Shown here: positions 30,439 to 40,739 of the stretch, one piece after another
Position numbering within the stretch: the first letter of the stretch is position 1
How the letters are laid out: each line of letters opens with the position of its first letter
Origin: an uncultured Chloroflexia bacterium
GTDB taxonomy: Bacteria; Chloroflexota; Limnocylindria; QHBO01
Direction of reading: 5' to 3'
DNA: 64,000 nt
Assembly (NCBI GenBank): GCA_963704115.1
Contig: CAVPGY010000001.1
Span: forward strand, 190,075-254,074
Program-made: the position numbers and the translations under genes
The notes under the pieces: model-generated
Databases searched by the model: none
What the model was told of the DNA's origin: nothing
What the model saw: only the letters and a program-made list of their open reading frames with translations

Positions 30439-30530
30439 GAGTGGGGTCTCCTGGGGGACTTGGAGTTGATGTGCCCACTGCTACGAAGCAAGGCTGCCGA
30501 TCGGATCACCGGTCCTGTCCGATCGGCGGG

Positions 30531-30866
30531 TCAGCCGATGCGCAGACCCTCCGCACAGGCCGGGTCGGGCGCGAGAAGGTGCACCTCGCCGTCGTCGCCC
30601 ATGGCGCCGAGCAGAAGGACCTCGCTGCTGAACCCGGCGATCCGGCGCGGCGGGAAGTTGACCACCGCCACCACCTGCCGTCCGACGAGCTCCGACGGAT
30701 CGGGGTAGGTGAGGGTCAGCTGCGCCGAGCTGACCCGCTCGCCGAGCTCCGGCCCGAAGTCGACGCGCAGCCGGTAACTCGGCTTGCGCGCCTCGGGGAA
30801 TGGGTCCGCGGCGAGAATCCGGCCCACTCGCATGTCCACGAGCAGAAAGTCGTCGAACTCGATCAT
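30531..30866 (-). CDS. csaA: tRNA-binding protein / secretion chaperone CsaA
   Basis: DMRVGRI, KPSYRL.VDFG, SSAQ, VVNFPPRRIAGFSSEVL. Confidence 0.88.
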   Translation of the reverse strand: MIEFDDFLLVDMRVGRILAADPFPEARKPSYRLRVDFGPELGERVSSAQLTLTYPDPSELVGRQVVAVVNFPPRRIAGFSSEVLLLGAMGDDGEVHLLAPDPACAEGLRIG

Positions 30867-31009
30867 CGGCTCACGATAGCGAAGCATGACCGATGCGTGC
30901 GCGCAACAGTCCTCCGTAGGACTTTCGGGCCGTTGGTGGCAGGCCACGCGACACGTACGGTTCGCTCCGTGGTCGCCAGTGCCGGCGGCCGTTCCCATCA
31001 GGAGGCAAC

Positions 31010-31588
31010 GTGACGTTCTGGAACTGGCGCCGCGGGCCCGGTCCCACGGTAACGCAGGGGAACGTGGCCGTGGCCCCATCCGCCGAGATCGCGCCGATCG
31101 AGCTCTACACCGCCGAGGCGCGGCTCGTGGGTTGGATCGCGCCGGAAGGCCATCGCGTGACCGACCTGCTCAGCACGCAGGATGAGCTCCGCCTGTGGCG
31201 TCCCAGCCCGCAAGCCGCCGATGGCGATGCGCTGCCGCCGATCGATCCCGCTGGCCTGCCCACCGATGGCGGCGAATGGGAGTCACTCGCCACGGATCGC
31301 GTCATCCTGGCCATGCCGCCGGAGTGGCGGGCGAGCCGGCAGCTGCGACTCCACCGGCGCCTGCGGCGCGCGGCCCTCCACGCCGGCCCGTTCCACGTCA
31401 CCGGCAACATCCACGTGGCGCCGGGGGTCGAGGTGGGCCTGCACCTGCTCCGCCAGCATCGCTTCATCCCGCTGACCGACGCCCACATCCTGCACGAGGG
31501 CGAGCCCCCGTTCGAGCACGTCGTCAGCGTCGCCATCGTCAACGCCGCGCACATCAGCCAGATCGTTCCGTTGATGACCCTGGCGTAG
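31010..31588 (+). CDS. Hypothetical protein with internal duplication (DUF6812-like)
   Basis: Two similar beta-rich halves (IELYT..RLVG..RVTDLL / [22 protein letters not shown]); AGGAGG RBS. Confidence 0.55.
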   Translation: MTFWNWRRGPGPTVTQGNVAVAPSAEIAPIELYTAEARLVGWIAPEGHRVTDLLSTQDELRLWRPSPQAADGDALPPIDPAGLPTDGGEWESLATDRVILAMPPEWRASRQLRLHRRLRRAALHAGPFHVTGNIHVAPGVEVGLHLLRQHRFIPLTDAHILHEGEPPFEHVVSVAIVNAAHISQIVPLMTLA

Positions 31589-31628
31589 CCGGCCCCCGGC
31601 GCATCGCCGCCCGGCGATAATCGGGCTC

Positions 31629-33227
31629 ATGACCGTCCTCCGCACCGAGATCGATCCCGACGCCCCCCCGGCTCGGGCCAATGCCGATGCGATGCGTGTC
31701 CTCGTCGATGACCTGCGCGCCCGGCAGGCGGCGCTGGCCGGACGCGGAGCGGGCGGCGACGACCGCTCCATCGCCCGTCACCGCGAACGCGGCAAGCTGC
31801 CGGTCCGCGAGCGGGTCGACCGGCTCATCGACCACGGATCCGCGTTTCTCGAGCTGAACGCCCTCGCGGCGACCGACCTGTACGACGGCGACGCACCCGG
31901 CGCGGGGATCGTGACCGGCATCGGCCGCGTGGAGGGCGTGGAGTGCGTCGTCGTGGCGAACGACGCCACCGTAAAGGGCGGCACCTACTACCCGATGACG
32001 GTGAAGAAGCATCTCCGCGCCCAGGAGGTCGCCCTCGAGAACCGGCTGCCATGCCTGTACCTCGTGGACTCCGGCGGCGCCTTCCTGCCGCTGCAGGACG
32101 AGGTTTTCCCGGATCGCGATCACTTCGGCCGCATCTTCTATCACCAGGCGCAGCTCTCAGCGCGACGCATCCCGCAGATCGCGCTGGTGATGGGCTCCTG
32201 CACGGCGGGTGGCGCCTATGTCCCCGCCATGTCGGACGAGACGGTGATCGTCAAGGGCACCGGCACGATCTTCCTCGGTGGCCCGCCACTGGTGCAGGCC
32301 GCCACCGGGGAGGTCGTGAGCGCGGAGGATCTCGGCGGGGCGGAGGTGCACACGGTGCAGTCCGGCGTGGCCGATCACTACGCGCTCGACGATGAGCACG
32401 CGCTGGCGATCGGCAGGCAGATCGTACGGAACCTGGCCTGGCGCAAGCCGGAGCCGCCGTGGGAACCGACGGAGGCAGTGCCGCCCGCGGTCTCGCCCGA
32501 TGAGCTCTACGGCGTCGTCCCGGCCGACGCGCGCCAGTCGTACGACGTGCGCGAGGTGATCGCACGGCTGGTCGATGGTTCGGAGTTCCACGAGTTCAAG
32601 GAGCGCTACGGGACGACGCTGGTCTGCGGCTTCGCCCGACTGCACGGCTACCCGATCGGCATCGTCGCCAACAACGGCATCCTGTTCAGCGAGTCGGCGC
32701 TGAAGGGCGCGCACTTCGTCGAGCTCTGCTCGCAGAGGAAGATTCCGCTCGTCTTCCTCCAGAACATCACCGGCTTCATGGTCGGCCGCGAGTACGAGGC
32801 CGGAGGGATCGCCCGCGACGGCGCCAAGCTGGTCACGGCCGTGTCCACCACGAACGTCCCGAAGTTCACCGTCATCATCGGCGGCAGCTTCGGTGCCGGA
32901 AACTACGGCATGGCCGGACGAGCCTACGGCCCGCGCCAGCTCTGGATGTGGCCGAACGCCCGGATCAGCGTCATGGGCGGCGCCCAGGCGGCCCGGGTCC
33001 TCTCCACGGTGCGCGGCGGCTTCGACACCGATGCCGACCGAGACGCCTTCGAGGCACCGATCCTCGACAAGTACGAGCGCGAAGGCTCCCCCTTCCACTC
33101 GACGGCGCGGCTCTGGGACGACGGCGTCATCGACCCGATGGACACCAGGCGGGTGCTCGCCCTCGGCATCTCGGCGGCCTTGAACGCGCCGATCCCCGAA
33201 CCGGGCTTCAGCCTCTTCCGCATGTGA
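31629..33227 (+). CDS. liuB: 3-methylcrotonyl-CoA carboxylase beta subunit (carboxyltransferase)
   Basis: [61 protein letters not shown]. Confidence 0.9.
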   Translation: MTVLRTEIDPDAPPARANADAMRVLVDDLRARQAALAGRGAGGDDRSIARHRERGKLPVRERVDRLIDHGSAFLELNALAATDLYDGDAPGAGIVTGIGRVEGVECVVVANDATVKGGTYYPMTVKKHLRAQEVALENRLPCLYLVDSGGAFLPLQDEVFPDRDHFGRIFYHQAQLSARRIPQIALVMGSCTAGGAYVPAMSDETVIVKGTGTIFLGGPPLVQAATGEVVSAEDLGGAEVHTVQSGVADHYALDDEHALAIGRQIVRNLAWRKPEPPWEPTEAVPPAVSPDELYGVVPADARQSYDVREVIARLVDGSEFHEFKERYGTTLVCGFARLHGYPIGIVANNGILFSESALKGAHFVELCSQRKIPLVFLQNITGFMVGREYEAGGIARDGAKLVTAVSTTNVPKFTVIIGGSFGAGNYGMAGRAYGPRQLWMWPNARISVMGGAQAARVLSTVRGGFDTDADRDAFEAPILDKYEREGSPFHSTARLWDDGVIDPMDTRRVLALGISAALNAPIPEPGFSLFRM

Positions 33228-33250
33228 CCGCGCCCGACCTGTAGAGGCAG

Positions 33251-34045
33251 CTAGGCGCGGTTGACCTGTGCCACCGGGAGGTCGACGTGCTCGACGTCGA
33301 AGCGGATGCCGAGCAGGTCGGCGGTGCGCGGCGCATCGACCTCGGCCCCCAGCGTGATGACGGCGTGCACCGGCATCTCGCGGCGCGGGACGACGCGCAG
33401 CACGTGCGGCCCGACATCGGCGACGGCGAGGTCCGCAACCGCCCAGAAGTCGAGCTCGAGCGCCTCGTGCAGGTCGGCCGCCACCGACGTCGGCTCCGTC
33501 GCCGCGATGTCGAGACGCGTGAGCAGCACCGGCGACCCGAGCGGGTGGGCGAACCGCGCCCGCGCCGCGAGCGCCTCGTTGCCCCACTCGGCCCCGGCGT
33601 AGGCGTGCTGAATGAGGAACGGCGGCGCGGTCGGCTCGAGTGGCTCGTCGGGGAAGGCGGTCCACCACTCGACGAGCTCGCCGTCATCTCGCGTGCGGCT
33701 GCCATGCGTGGAGGGCCCGATCGGCGAGCCGGCGGCGCGAAGGCCGGCCGCAATCGCATCGAGGTCGTCGACGCGGAGCGCATAGGTCGCCAGGCCGTCA
33801 CCGTGCTCCGCGAGCCAGCGGACGGCGGCGGCGCCGACCGGCGTCTGGGCGGCGAGCTCTGCATCGTCGATGCCGATGAGCTCCAGGTAGCTCCCGTCGG
33901 CCAGCCAGGCGATGCGGTTCCACGTGCCGCGGCCGGCGTGCCGCCCGCCGCCGGTGCAGGTGATGCCGATCGCCGACTCGAGCTCCGCGGCGGCGGCGTC
34001 CGGGTCAGCACAGGCGATCACCAGGTGGTCGATGCCCCGGATCAT
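33251..34045 (-). CDS. VOC/glyoxalase-like (Glyoxalase_3) protein
   Basis: IDHLVIAC, GGRHAGRGTWN, SYLELI, PFLIQ. Confidence 0.85.
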   Translation of the reverse strand: MIRGIDHLVIACADPDAAAAELESAIGITCTGGGRHAGRGTWNRIAWLADGSYLELIGIDDAELAAQTPVGAAAVRWLAEHGDGLATYALRVDDLDAIAAGLRAAGSPIGPSTHGSRTRDDGELVEWWTAFPDEPLEPTAPPFLIQHAYAGAEWGNEALAARARFAHPLGSPVLLTRLDIAATEPTSVAADLHEALELDFWAVADLAVADVGPHVLRVVPRREMPVHAVITLGAEVDAPRTADLLGIRFDVEHVDLPVAQVNRA

Positions 34046-34085
34046 GCGGACGATGCTACCAGCATCCGGTAGGCTCACCGCACCG

Positions 34086-34895
34086 ATGGAACCCTCGATC
34101 GAACGCCCGGCACCGGGCTCCCACGACCGCTCCACCCCCTCCGGCGCCCTCGAGGAGAGTGCCGCCAACCTGTTCGATGCGATGCTCGCCGCGCGGGATG
34201 GCGAGGAGCGTGGCGACCAGAGGCCGCTGGAGCAGTTCTATCGCATCCTGATGACCGGGACGCTGCTGCTGCCGGTGCCGCCCGATCACGGCGACGAGGC
34301 GAAGGCGGCCCTGGCATCGGCCGTCAACGACGACGAGCAGGTCGAGATCAGCGTCATGCTCGCTCAGGAAGGCGAGGGGCGGCCGGTGAGCGTCGTCTTC
34401 GGATCGGTCGGGGCGCTTGCCGCCTGGGCACCGGCGCGAACCGGGAACCTGCCGCTGCCCGCGCGCATCGCCATCGCCAACCTCGCCGCCGCCGGCCTGC
34501 CGGCGATCATGGATCCCGCCGGCCCCGTCCCCTACCGATTCGACGCCGACGAGCTCGCCGCGCTCGCCGATGGCCGCATGCCCGGGACCGACGCGCCGCT
34601 GTTCGCGGAGACGCGGCGCACCTCGATCCGGGTGCGACCGCCGGGCACCGACACGCGCGAGCTCGAGCGCCGGCTCGCGGTCGCCCTGCGCGAGACCGAT
34701 GTCGAGGCCGCCCACCTGGTCGAGGCCGACGACGGGGGACGGACGCGACTGCTGCTCGGGCTGGTCGGCGAGCCGGGAACATCGGCCACCGTGGACGTCC
34801 CCGATGGGACCGACGTGGTCTGGCTCGAGGAGCCGCTTCTCGGGCAGGTGCGTGCGGTCGCCGAGCCGTTCCATCGCCGGGGACGCGGACGGTGA
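34086..34895 (+). CDS. SseB-family protein
   Basis: LLLPV, VFGSVGALAAW, MDPAGP..F pattern of the SseB N-terminal domain. Confidence 0.65.
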   Translation: MEPSIERPAPGSHDRSTPSGALEESAANLFDAMLAARDGEERGDQRPLEQFYRILMTGTLLLPVPPDHGDEAKAALASAVNDDEQVEISVMLAQEGEGRPVSVVFGSVGALAAWAPARTGNLPLPARIAIANLAAAGLPAIMDPAGPVPYRFDADELAALADGRMPGTDAPLFAETRRTSIRVRPPGTDTRELERRLAVALRETDVEAAHLVEADDGGRTRLLLGLVGEPGTSATVDVPDGTDVVWLEEPLLGQVRAVAEPFHRRGRGR

Positions 34896-35680
34896 GCGCG
34901 ACCCTGCGCGTCGAGCGCACCGGCCCGTTCGCGCGCGTCACCCTGGCGCGGCCCGAGGTCCGCAACGCGTTCAACGCCGCGCTCATCGAGGAGCTGCGGT
35001 CGACCTTCACGGCGCTGGCGGCCGAGCCGCCGGACGCACTGCGGGGTGTCGTCCTGGCCGGCGAGGGCCCCACCTTCAGCGCCGGGGCCGACGTCGAGTG
35101 GATGCGGGGCGCGATCGGTCTCGGCGTCGAGGACAACGAGCGGGACGCCACCGCCATGCAGGCAATGTTCGCCGCCATCGACGCGTGTCCGGTGCCGGTG
35201 ATCGCCCGCGTCCAGGGCGCGGCGCTGGGTGGCGGCATGGGGCTCTGCGCGGTGAGCGACATCGTCGTGGCCACCGCCGACGCGACCTTCGGCTTCACCG
35301 AGACCCGGCTCGGCATCATCCCCGCCGTCATCAGCACGTTCGTGCTCCCGAAGATCGGCGAGTCACATGCCCGCGCGCTGTTCGCCACCGGCCAGCGCCT
35401 CGGCGCTGAGCGCGCGCAGCGCATCGGCCTCGTGCACGAGGTCGTCGCCGACGAGCCGGCGCTCGACGCGGCCGTGGACGCGCTGCTCGAGGAGCTGCGC
35501 GCGGCGGGGCCCACCGCCGTTCGCGCCGCCAAGGCGCTCGTCCGCACGATCCACGAGGTTGGACCAGAGGCGGCTCGCGAGCGCACCCCGGGGATGATCG
35601 CCCGCCAGCGAACCTCCGCCGAGGGCCAGGAGGGGCTCACGGCCTTCCTCGAGAAGCGATCGCCCACGTGGAAGGGCTGA
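34892..35680 (+). CDS. liuC: Enoyl-CoA hydratase (methylglutaconyl-CoA hydratase-like)
   Basis: RPEVRNAFN, FSAGADVEWM, GAALGGGMGL, ETRLGIIPAVIS; located in the liu cluster. Confidence 0.82.
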   Translation: MSATLRVERTGPFARVTLARPEVRNAFNAALIEELRSTFTALAAEPPDALRGVVLAGEGPTFSAGADVEWMRGAIGLGVEDNERDATAMQAMFAAIDACPVPVIARVQGAALGGGMGLCAVSDIVVATADATFGFTETRLGIIPAVISTFVLPKIGESHARALFATGQRLGAERAQRIGLVHEVVADEPALDAAVDALLEELRAAGPTAVRAAKALVRTIHEVGPEAARERTPGMIARQRTSAEGQEGLTAFLEKRSPTWKG

Positions 35681-35728
35681 GGCGGCGGAGCGGTCGGCGG
35701 CGGAGCCCGTCAATGCGACAATCGCGAC

Positions 35729-37742
35729 ATGCGTGAGACGCTGACTCCTCGAGAGGCGGCGGCTGAGCTCGGGCGTCACCGCCCGGACCGTCCAGCGGTG
35801 GATCGCCAGCGGACGGCTGCCAGCCGAACGCGTCGGCACCCGCATGCGCGTGTCGCGTTCGTCGCTGTCGGCGGTCTCCGATGCCCCCGAAGCGGCGCCG
35901 CCGCACCGCATCGGCTCGCTGCTGATCGCCAACCGCGGCGAGATCGCCGTCCGCATCGCTCGCACCGCGAACCGCATGGGAATTCGGACCATCGGCGTTC
36001 ACGCTGCGGACGAGCGAATCCCCGACGGGGTGGATGAGGCTCACCTGATCGACTCCTACCTCGATGGTGCGGGGCTGCTGGCGGTGGCGCGCCGCGCCGG
36101 AGCCGATGCGATTCACCCCGGCTACGGCTTCCTCGCCGAGAATGCCGCCTTCGCGCGGGCCGTCGCCCACGCCGGCCTCGCGTGGGTCGGACCCCCGGCA
36201 AACGCGATCGCGGCGATGGGCGACAAGGCCGCCGCGCGACAGCAGGCCGCCGTCCATGGCGCGCCGATAGTTCCCGGCTACGACGGCGACTCGCAGGATG
36301 ACGCCACGCTGGCCGCGGAGGCCGAGCGCATCGGCTTCCCGCTGCTCGTCAAGCCGAGCGCCGGCGGTGGCGGCAAGGGCATGCGCGTCGTTCGCGATCC
36401 GGCAGACCTGCTCGAGGCGTTGGCCGGCGCCCGGCGCGAGGCCCAGCGAAGCTTCGGCGACGACCGGCTGATCCTCGAGCGCTATCTCGCCGGCTCCCGA
36501 CACGTCGAGGTCCAGGTGCTGTTCGATGCCCACGGCAACGGCGTCCACCTCGGAGAACGCGACTGCAGCGCCCAGCGACGCAACCAGAAGATCGTCGAGG
36601 AGTCGCCCGCGCCATCGGTCACACGCGAGCTCCGCGAACGGATGGGCAGTGCGGCGGTCGCCGTCGCATCATCGGTCGGCTACGTCAATGCCGGGACGGT
36701 CGAGATGCTGCTGACCGACGCCGACGAGTACTTCTTCCTCGAGATGAACACCCGGCTCCAGGTCGAGCACCCCGTCACCGAAGCCGTCACGGGCCGCGAC
36801 CTCGTCGAGGACCAGCTGCGGATCGCCGCCGGCGAGACGCTCGAGACGCTCGGCCTGCGCGCGGCACCGCGCCTCGATGGGTACGCGGTCGAAGCCCGGC
36901 TCTACGCGGAGGACCCTGAGTCCGGGTTCCTGCCGGCCACCGGCGTGCTGGAGGCGCTCGCGTGGCCGTCGGGCGTGCGGATCGATGCCGGGGTGCGCCA
37001 GGGCGACGAGGTGACGGACCGCTACGATCCGATGCTCGCCAAGCTCATCGCCCACGGGACGACGCGCACCGAGGCGCTGGAACGGCTGCGGGCGGCGCTC
37101 TCGGCGACCACCGTGCTCGGCGTCCGCACGAATCTCCGCTTCCTCCGCTGGCTGCTCGAGCAGCCCTCGATGCGCGACGGCGAGATGCGGACCGACACCA
37201 TCGGCGGGCTCGACGTGCCCGGCCTTCCACCGGTCGAGGACCGACACTGGCAAGCCGCGGCGCTGGCATCGGCGCATGCTGGATCGGGGCCGTGGGAAGA
37301 CGGCTGGCGGCTCAACGGGCCGGCGATCCGGCGTCTGCGACACGGCGATGCGGAGCGGAGCATCTCGCTCGACCGAACCGACGACCTGCCGCGCGTCGTT
37401 GTCGGCCGCGGAGGCATCCATGTCGACGTGGATGGGCAGTCGCTGGAGTTCCATGAGGCGTCGCCGCCGACCGTCGAGGAGGCGGTGCGCCACGCCGCCG
37501 CCCACGGCGGTGACGGAGCGGCGGTGCTGGTCGCGCCGATGCCGGGCCGCGTCATCGGGGTCCGCGTCGCGGTCGGCGAGTCGGTCCACGCCCATCAGCC
37601 GGTGGTGATCATCGAGGCCATGAAGATGGAGCACGCCGTCGTTGCTCCCATCGCCGGTACGCTGACTACCCTCGCCGTCGGAGAGGGACAGCAGGTCCAG
37701 CGCGGCGAGCTCCTCGGCGAAGTCGCACAATCGGACGCATGA
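35729..37742 (+). CDS. liuD: Excisionase-type HTH domain fused to MCC alpha subunit (biotin carboxylase + biotinyl carrier); one extra G near 35772
   Basis: Corrected N-terminus MRETLTPREAAAELGVTARTVQRWIASGRLPAERVGTRMRVSRSSL runs into LLIANRGEIA, HPGYGFLAEN, GGGGKGM, EMNTRLQVEH, EAMKM. Confidence 0.85.
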
Positions 37743-38644
37743 GCGACCGCGACGTCCGCATCTACGAGGTCGGCCCCCGCGACGGCCTCCAGAACGAGGC
37801 GTCCCCGATCTCCACGGAGGCGAAGCTGCGTTTCATCGACCTGCTGGCCGACGCCGGCCTGCGCGAGATCGAGGCGACCAGCTTCGTCTCGCCGAGGGCG
37901 ATCCCGCAGCTCGCCGATGCCGATGAGCTCATGGCCGGACTCGACCGGCGGCCCGGCATCCGCTACCCGGTGCTCGTCCCGAATGCCCGTGGGATGGACC
38001 GGGCGGAGGCCGCAGGTGCCGATGCGATCTGCGTCTTCACCGCCGCCTCCGAGGCGTTCACGAAGGCGAACATCAACATGACGATCGCCGAGTCGATCGA
38101 GGCCTTCCGACCGGTGGTCGACCGCGCGCTCGCTCACGGCTGGTGGACGCGTGGCTACCTCAGCACCGCCTTCGGGTGCCCGTACCAGGGCGAGGTCGGC
38201 GAGGCGGCCGTGGTCGGCGTGGCGCAGCAGCTGCGCGAGCTCGGGATCGAGGAACTGAGCATCGGCGACACCATCGGCGTGGCCGGGCCGGCCGACATCC
38301 GCCGGGTCGTGAAGGCGCTCGACGGTGCCGGATTCGCCCCGGAGCACCTCGCGATGCACTTCCACGACACGCGCGGCACAGCGCTCGCCAACGTCAGCGC
38401 GGCGCTCGAGCTCGGGGTCCGCTGCTTCGACGCGTCGACCGGCGGCACCGGGGGCTGCCCCTACGCGCCGGGCGCCGCAGGCAACCTCGCGACCGAGGAC
38501 CTCGTCTACCTGCTCGAGCGAGAGGGCCTGTCACACGGCGTCGACCTCGACGCGCTGCTGCTCGCGGCGCGGCACGTGAGCGCCACGTTGGCTCGGCCCC
38601 TGGGCACAAAGGTGGGCCAGGCAGGCGGCTGGCGTCTACCATAG
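37739..38644 (+). CDS. liuE: Hydroxymethylglutaryl-CoA lyase
   Basis: EVGPRDGLQNE, AFGCPY, GDTIG, HFHDT, GGCPYAPGAAGN. Confidence 0.92.
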   Translation: MSDRDVRIYEVGPRDGLQNEASPISTEAKLRFIDLLADAGLREIEATSFVSPRAIPQLADADELMAGLDRRPGIRYPVLVPNARGMDRAEAAGADAICVFTAASEAFTKANINMTIAESIEAFRPVVDRALAHGWWTRGYLSTAFGCPYQGEVGEAAVVGVAQQLRELGIEELSIGDTIGVAGPADIRRVVKALDGAGFAPEHLAMHFHDTRGTALANVSAALELGVRCFDASTGGTGGCPYAPGAAGNLATEDLVYLLEREGLSHGVDLDALLLAARHVSATLARPLGTKVGQAGGWRLP

Positions 38645-38651
38645 TCGCCCG

Positions 38652-39635
38652 ATGGAACCCGATGCGCCGGCCGCCACGCCCCGTCCGCTGATCATGGACG
38701 TCGACACCGGGATCGACGACATGCTCGCGCTGCTGATCGCCGCAACCAGCCCGGAGCTCAACCTGCGCGGCGTTACCTGCGTGGCGGGGAACGTCGAGAT
38801 CCATCACGTGGCGCGCAACACCGGCAAGATCCTGCGCATGGTCGGCCGGGGCGACGTCCCGGTCAGCATCGGGGCGGCGCGGCCGCTTCAGCGGCGCCTG
38901 CGCACCGCTCCCGACACGCATGGCCCGACCGGCACCGGCTACGTCGAGCTGCGCGGCGAGGATCGCCAGCTGGGGACAACCGAGTACACCGCGATTCCGG
39001 CCAGCCGCTACCTCGGCGCGCACGTCAGCCGCCATCCGGGCGAGACGACGGTGCTGGCGTTGGGCCCGCTGACCAACCTGGCCGCCGCATCGCAGAACGG
39101 CGTCGACCTCGCGGGCGGAACGCGCGACGTCGTCTGGATGGGCGGCACGCTGGAGGAGCGCGGAAACACCACCGACACCGGCGAGTGGAACGCGTGCGTC
39201 GATCCGGAGGCGACCGAGATCTGCCTGCGCGCCGGCGCCGTCCATCGCATCTTCCCGCTCGACGCGACCCAGGACGTCATCTTCACCATGGAGGACCTGG
39301 CGGCCCTGCCGGACACCCATCTGGCCGGCATCGTCCGCGACGCGGTGCGGTTCTACGTCGGCTTCCACCAGAAGGCCGATGGGATCGACGGCGCGTATCT
39401 CCACGACCCGGTCGCCCTGATCGGGTCGCTGCTGCGGACCGACCTGGTGACGGAGACCGTGATCGAGACCCTGGCCTGCGACACCAGCTCGGACGCGTAC
39501 CTCGCTGGGAGCCTGTATCGGTCCGAGCATGACGACCGGCCGCCGGTCTCCCTCGCGACCGCCATCAATGCCGAGGGGATGAAGGCGGAGCTGATCACGC
39601 GGCTGGCGCGTGCGGTCAGCGCGCCGCACAGCTGA
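38652..39635 (+). CDS. Nucleoside hydrolase (IU-NH family)
   Basis: DVDTGIDD, LGPLTN, MGG, EWN..DPEA, HDP. Confidence 0.9.
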   Translation: MEPDAPAATPRPLIMDVDTGIDDMLALLIAATSPELNLRGVTCVAGNVEIHHVARNTGKILRMVGRGDVPVSIGAARPLQRRLRTAPDTHGPTGTGYVELRGEDRQLGTTEYTAIPASRYLGAHVSRHPGETTVLALGPLTNLAAASQNGVDLAGGTRDVVWMGGTLEERGNTTDTGEWNACVDPEATEICLRAGAVHRIFPLDATQDVIFTMEDLAALPDTHLAGIVRDAVRFYVGFHQKADGIDGAYLHDPVALIGSLLRTDLVTETVIETLACDTSSDAYLAGSLYRSEHDDRPPVSLATAINAEGMKAELITRLARAVSAPHS

Positions 39636-39671
39636 GCACCGAGAGGAACACGGACGGAGGAGGGTGGCACC

Positions 39672-40739
39672 ATGATCACGCGCTGGTTGGCGGCGTTGGT
39701 CGGCTTCATCGTGGTGGCTGGCATCGGGCTGGTCGTCGGCAACTTCAACGAGGATCAGGCGAGCAACTCGTGGGCGCTCGTCGCCGCGATCGCGCTGGCC
39801 GTCGGGTTCGTCGCGTACGCGGGCACCGAGTACGCCCAGACCGGAGGCTTCGCGTCGATCAGCTCCCAGTTCGGGATCCGCACGCTGGCGCTGATGCCCG
39901 TGGCGATCGCCATCAACATCATCCTCGGCGCCGCCGTCGCCAACGCGCTCAAGGTGCCGATCTACCTCGACAGCATCGGCACCATCCTGGTCGGCGCCCT
40001 GGCCGGACCGATCCCGGGCGCGCTGACCGGCTTCGTCGCCAACATCCTCTGGCAGTACATCATCCCGCCGCCCTTTCAGGGAGCGGTCGCCGCGCCGTTC
40101 GCGATCGTGGCCGCGGTGATCGGGCTGCTGGCCGGCCTGTTCGCTCGCTACGGCGCGCTGCGGCCACGTCCGGATCGGCCGATGGGACAGCTGGTCGGAG
40201 GAGCCGTCATCACCATCGCGGTGATCGCCGGCGTCAGCTGGCTGGCGTTCCTCGGCTACGAGCAGATCATCGGCCCGGCGGGCTTCGAGGTGGCGAGCGA
40301 CCAGACGCTCTTCGTCATCCTCGGGTGGCTGGCGCTGGCGCTGGTGGCGGCGACGGTGGTCGGGCTGCTCGGCCTCCTGTTCGTGCGCCGCGATCTGACG
40401 GCCGCCTACGTCGTGGTGGCCGGGCTCATCACCGGGGTGGTCGCCGCGCTCATCAGCGCCCCGATCAGCGCCAATCTGTTCGGCGGCGTGACCGGCGCCG
40501 GGACCGACTTCCTGGTCGCCGCGTTCCGGCAGGCCGGCGCCGACATCGGTGCGGCCACGCTCGGACAGGGCCTGATCAGTGATCCGGTCGACAAGATCAC
40601 CACCTTCTTCGTGGTGTACCTCGTGCTGGCCGCCATGGCGACGCGCACGAAGGCCCGCTTCCCGCAGGGTGAGCAGCTGATCGAGGGCGGTGCGGAGGTC
40701 GCCGAGGAGGGCGGTGAGTGGCGGGGAGCGTCGACCTGA
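39672..40739 (+). CDS. ECF transporter S component (extended)
   Basis: PVAIAINI, IYLDSIGTILVGALAGP, FGGVTG, SDPVDK; upstream of ecfT and two ATPase genes. Confidence 0.8.
   Translation: MITRWLAALVGFIVVAGIGLVVGNFNEDQASNSWALVAAIALAVGFVAYAGTEYAQTGGFASISSQFGIRTLALMPVAIAINIILGAAVANALKVPIYLDSIGTILVGALAGPIPGALTGFVANILWQYIIPPPFQGAVAAPFAIVAAVIGLLAGLFARYGALRPRPDRPMGQLVGGAVITIAVIAGVSWLAFLGYEQIIGPAGFEVASDQTLFVILGWLALALVAATVVGLLGLLFVRRDLTAAYVVVAGLITGVVAALISAPISANLFGGVTGAGTDFLVAAFRQAGADIGAATLGQGLISDPVDKITTFFVVYLVLAAMATRTKARFPQGEQLIEGGAEVAEEGGEWRGAST

Noticed and set aside
35729-35870. Excisionase as evidence of an integrated element
   Set aside because: No integrase or att sites; the domain is in frame with the biotin carboxylase inside a metabolic operon
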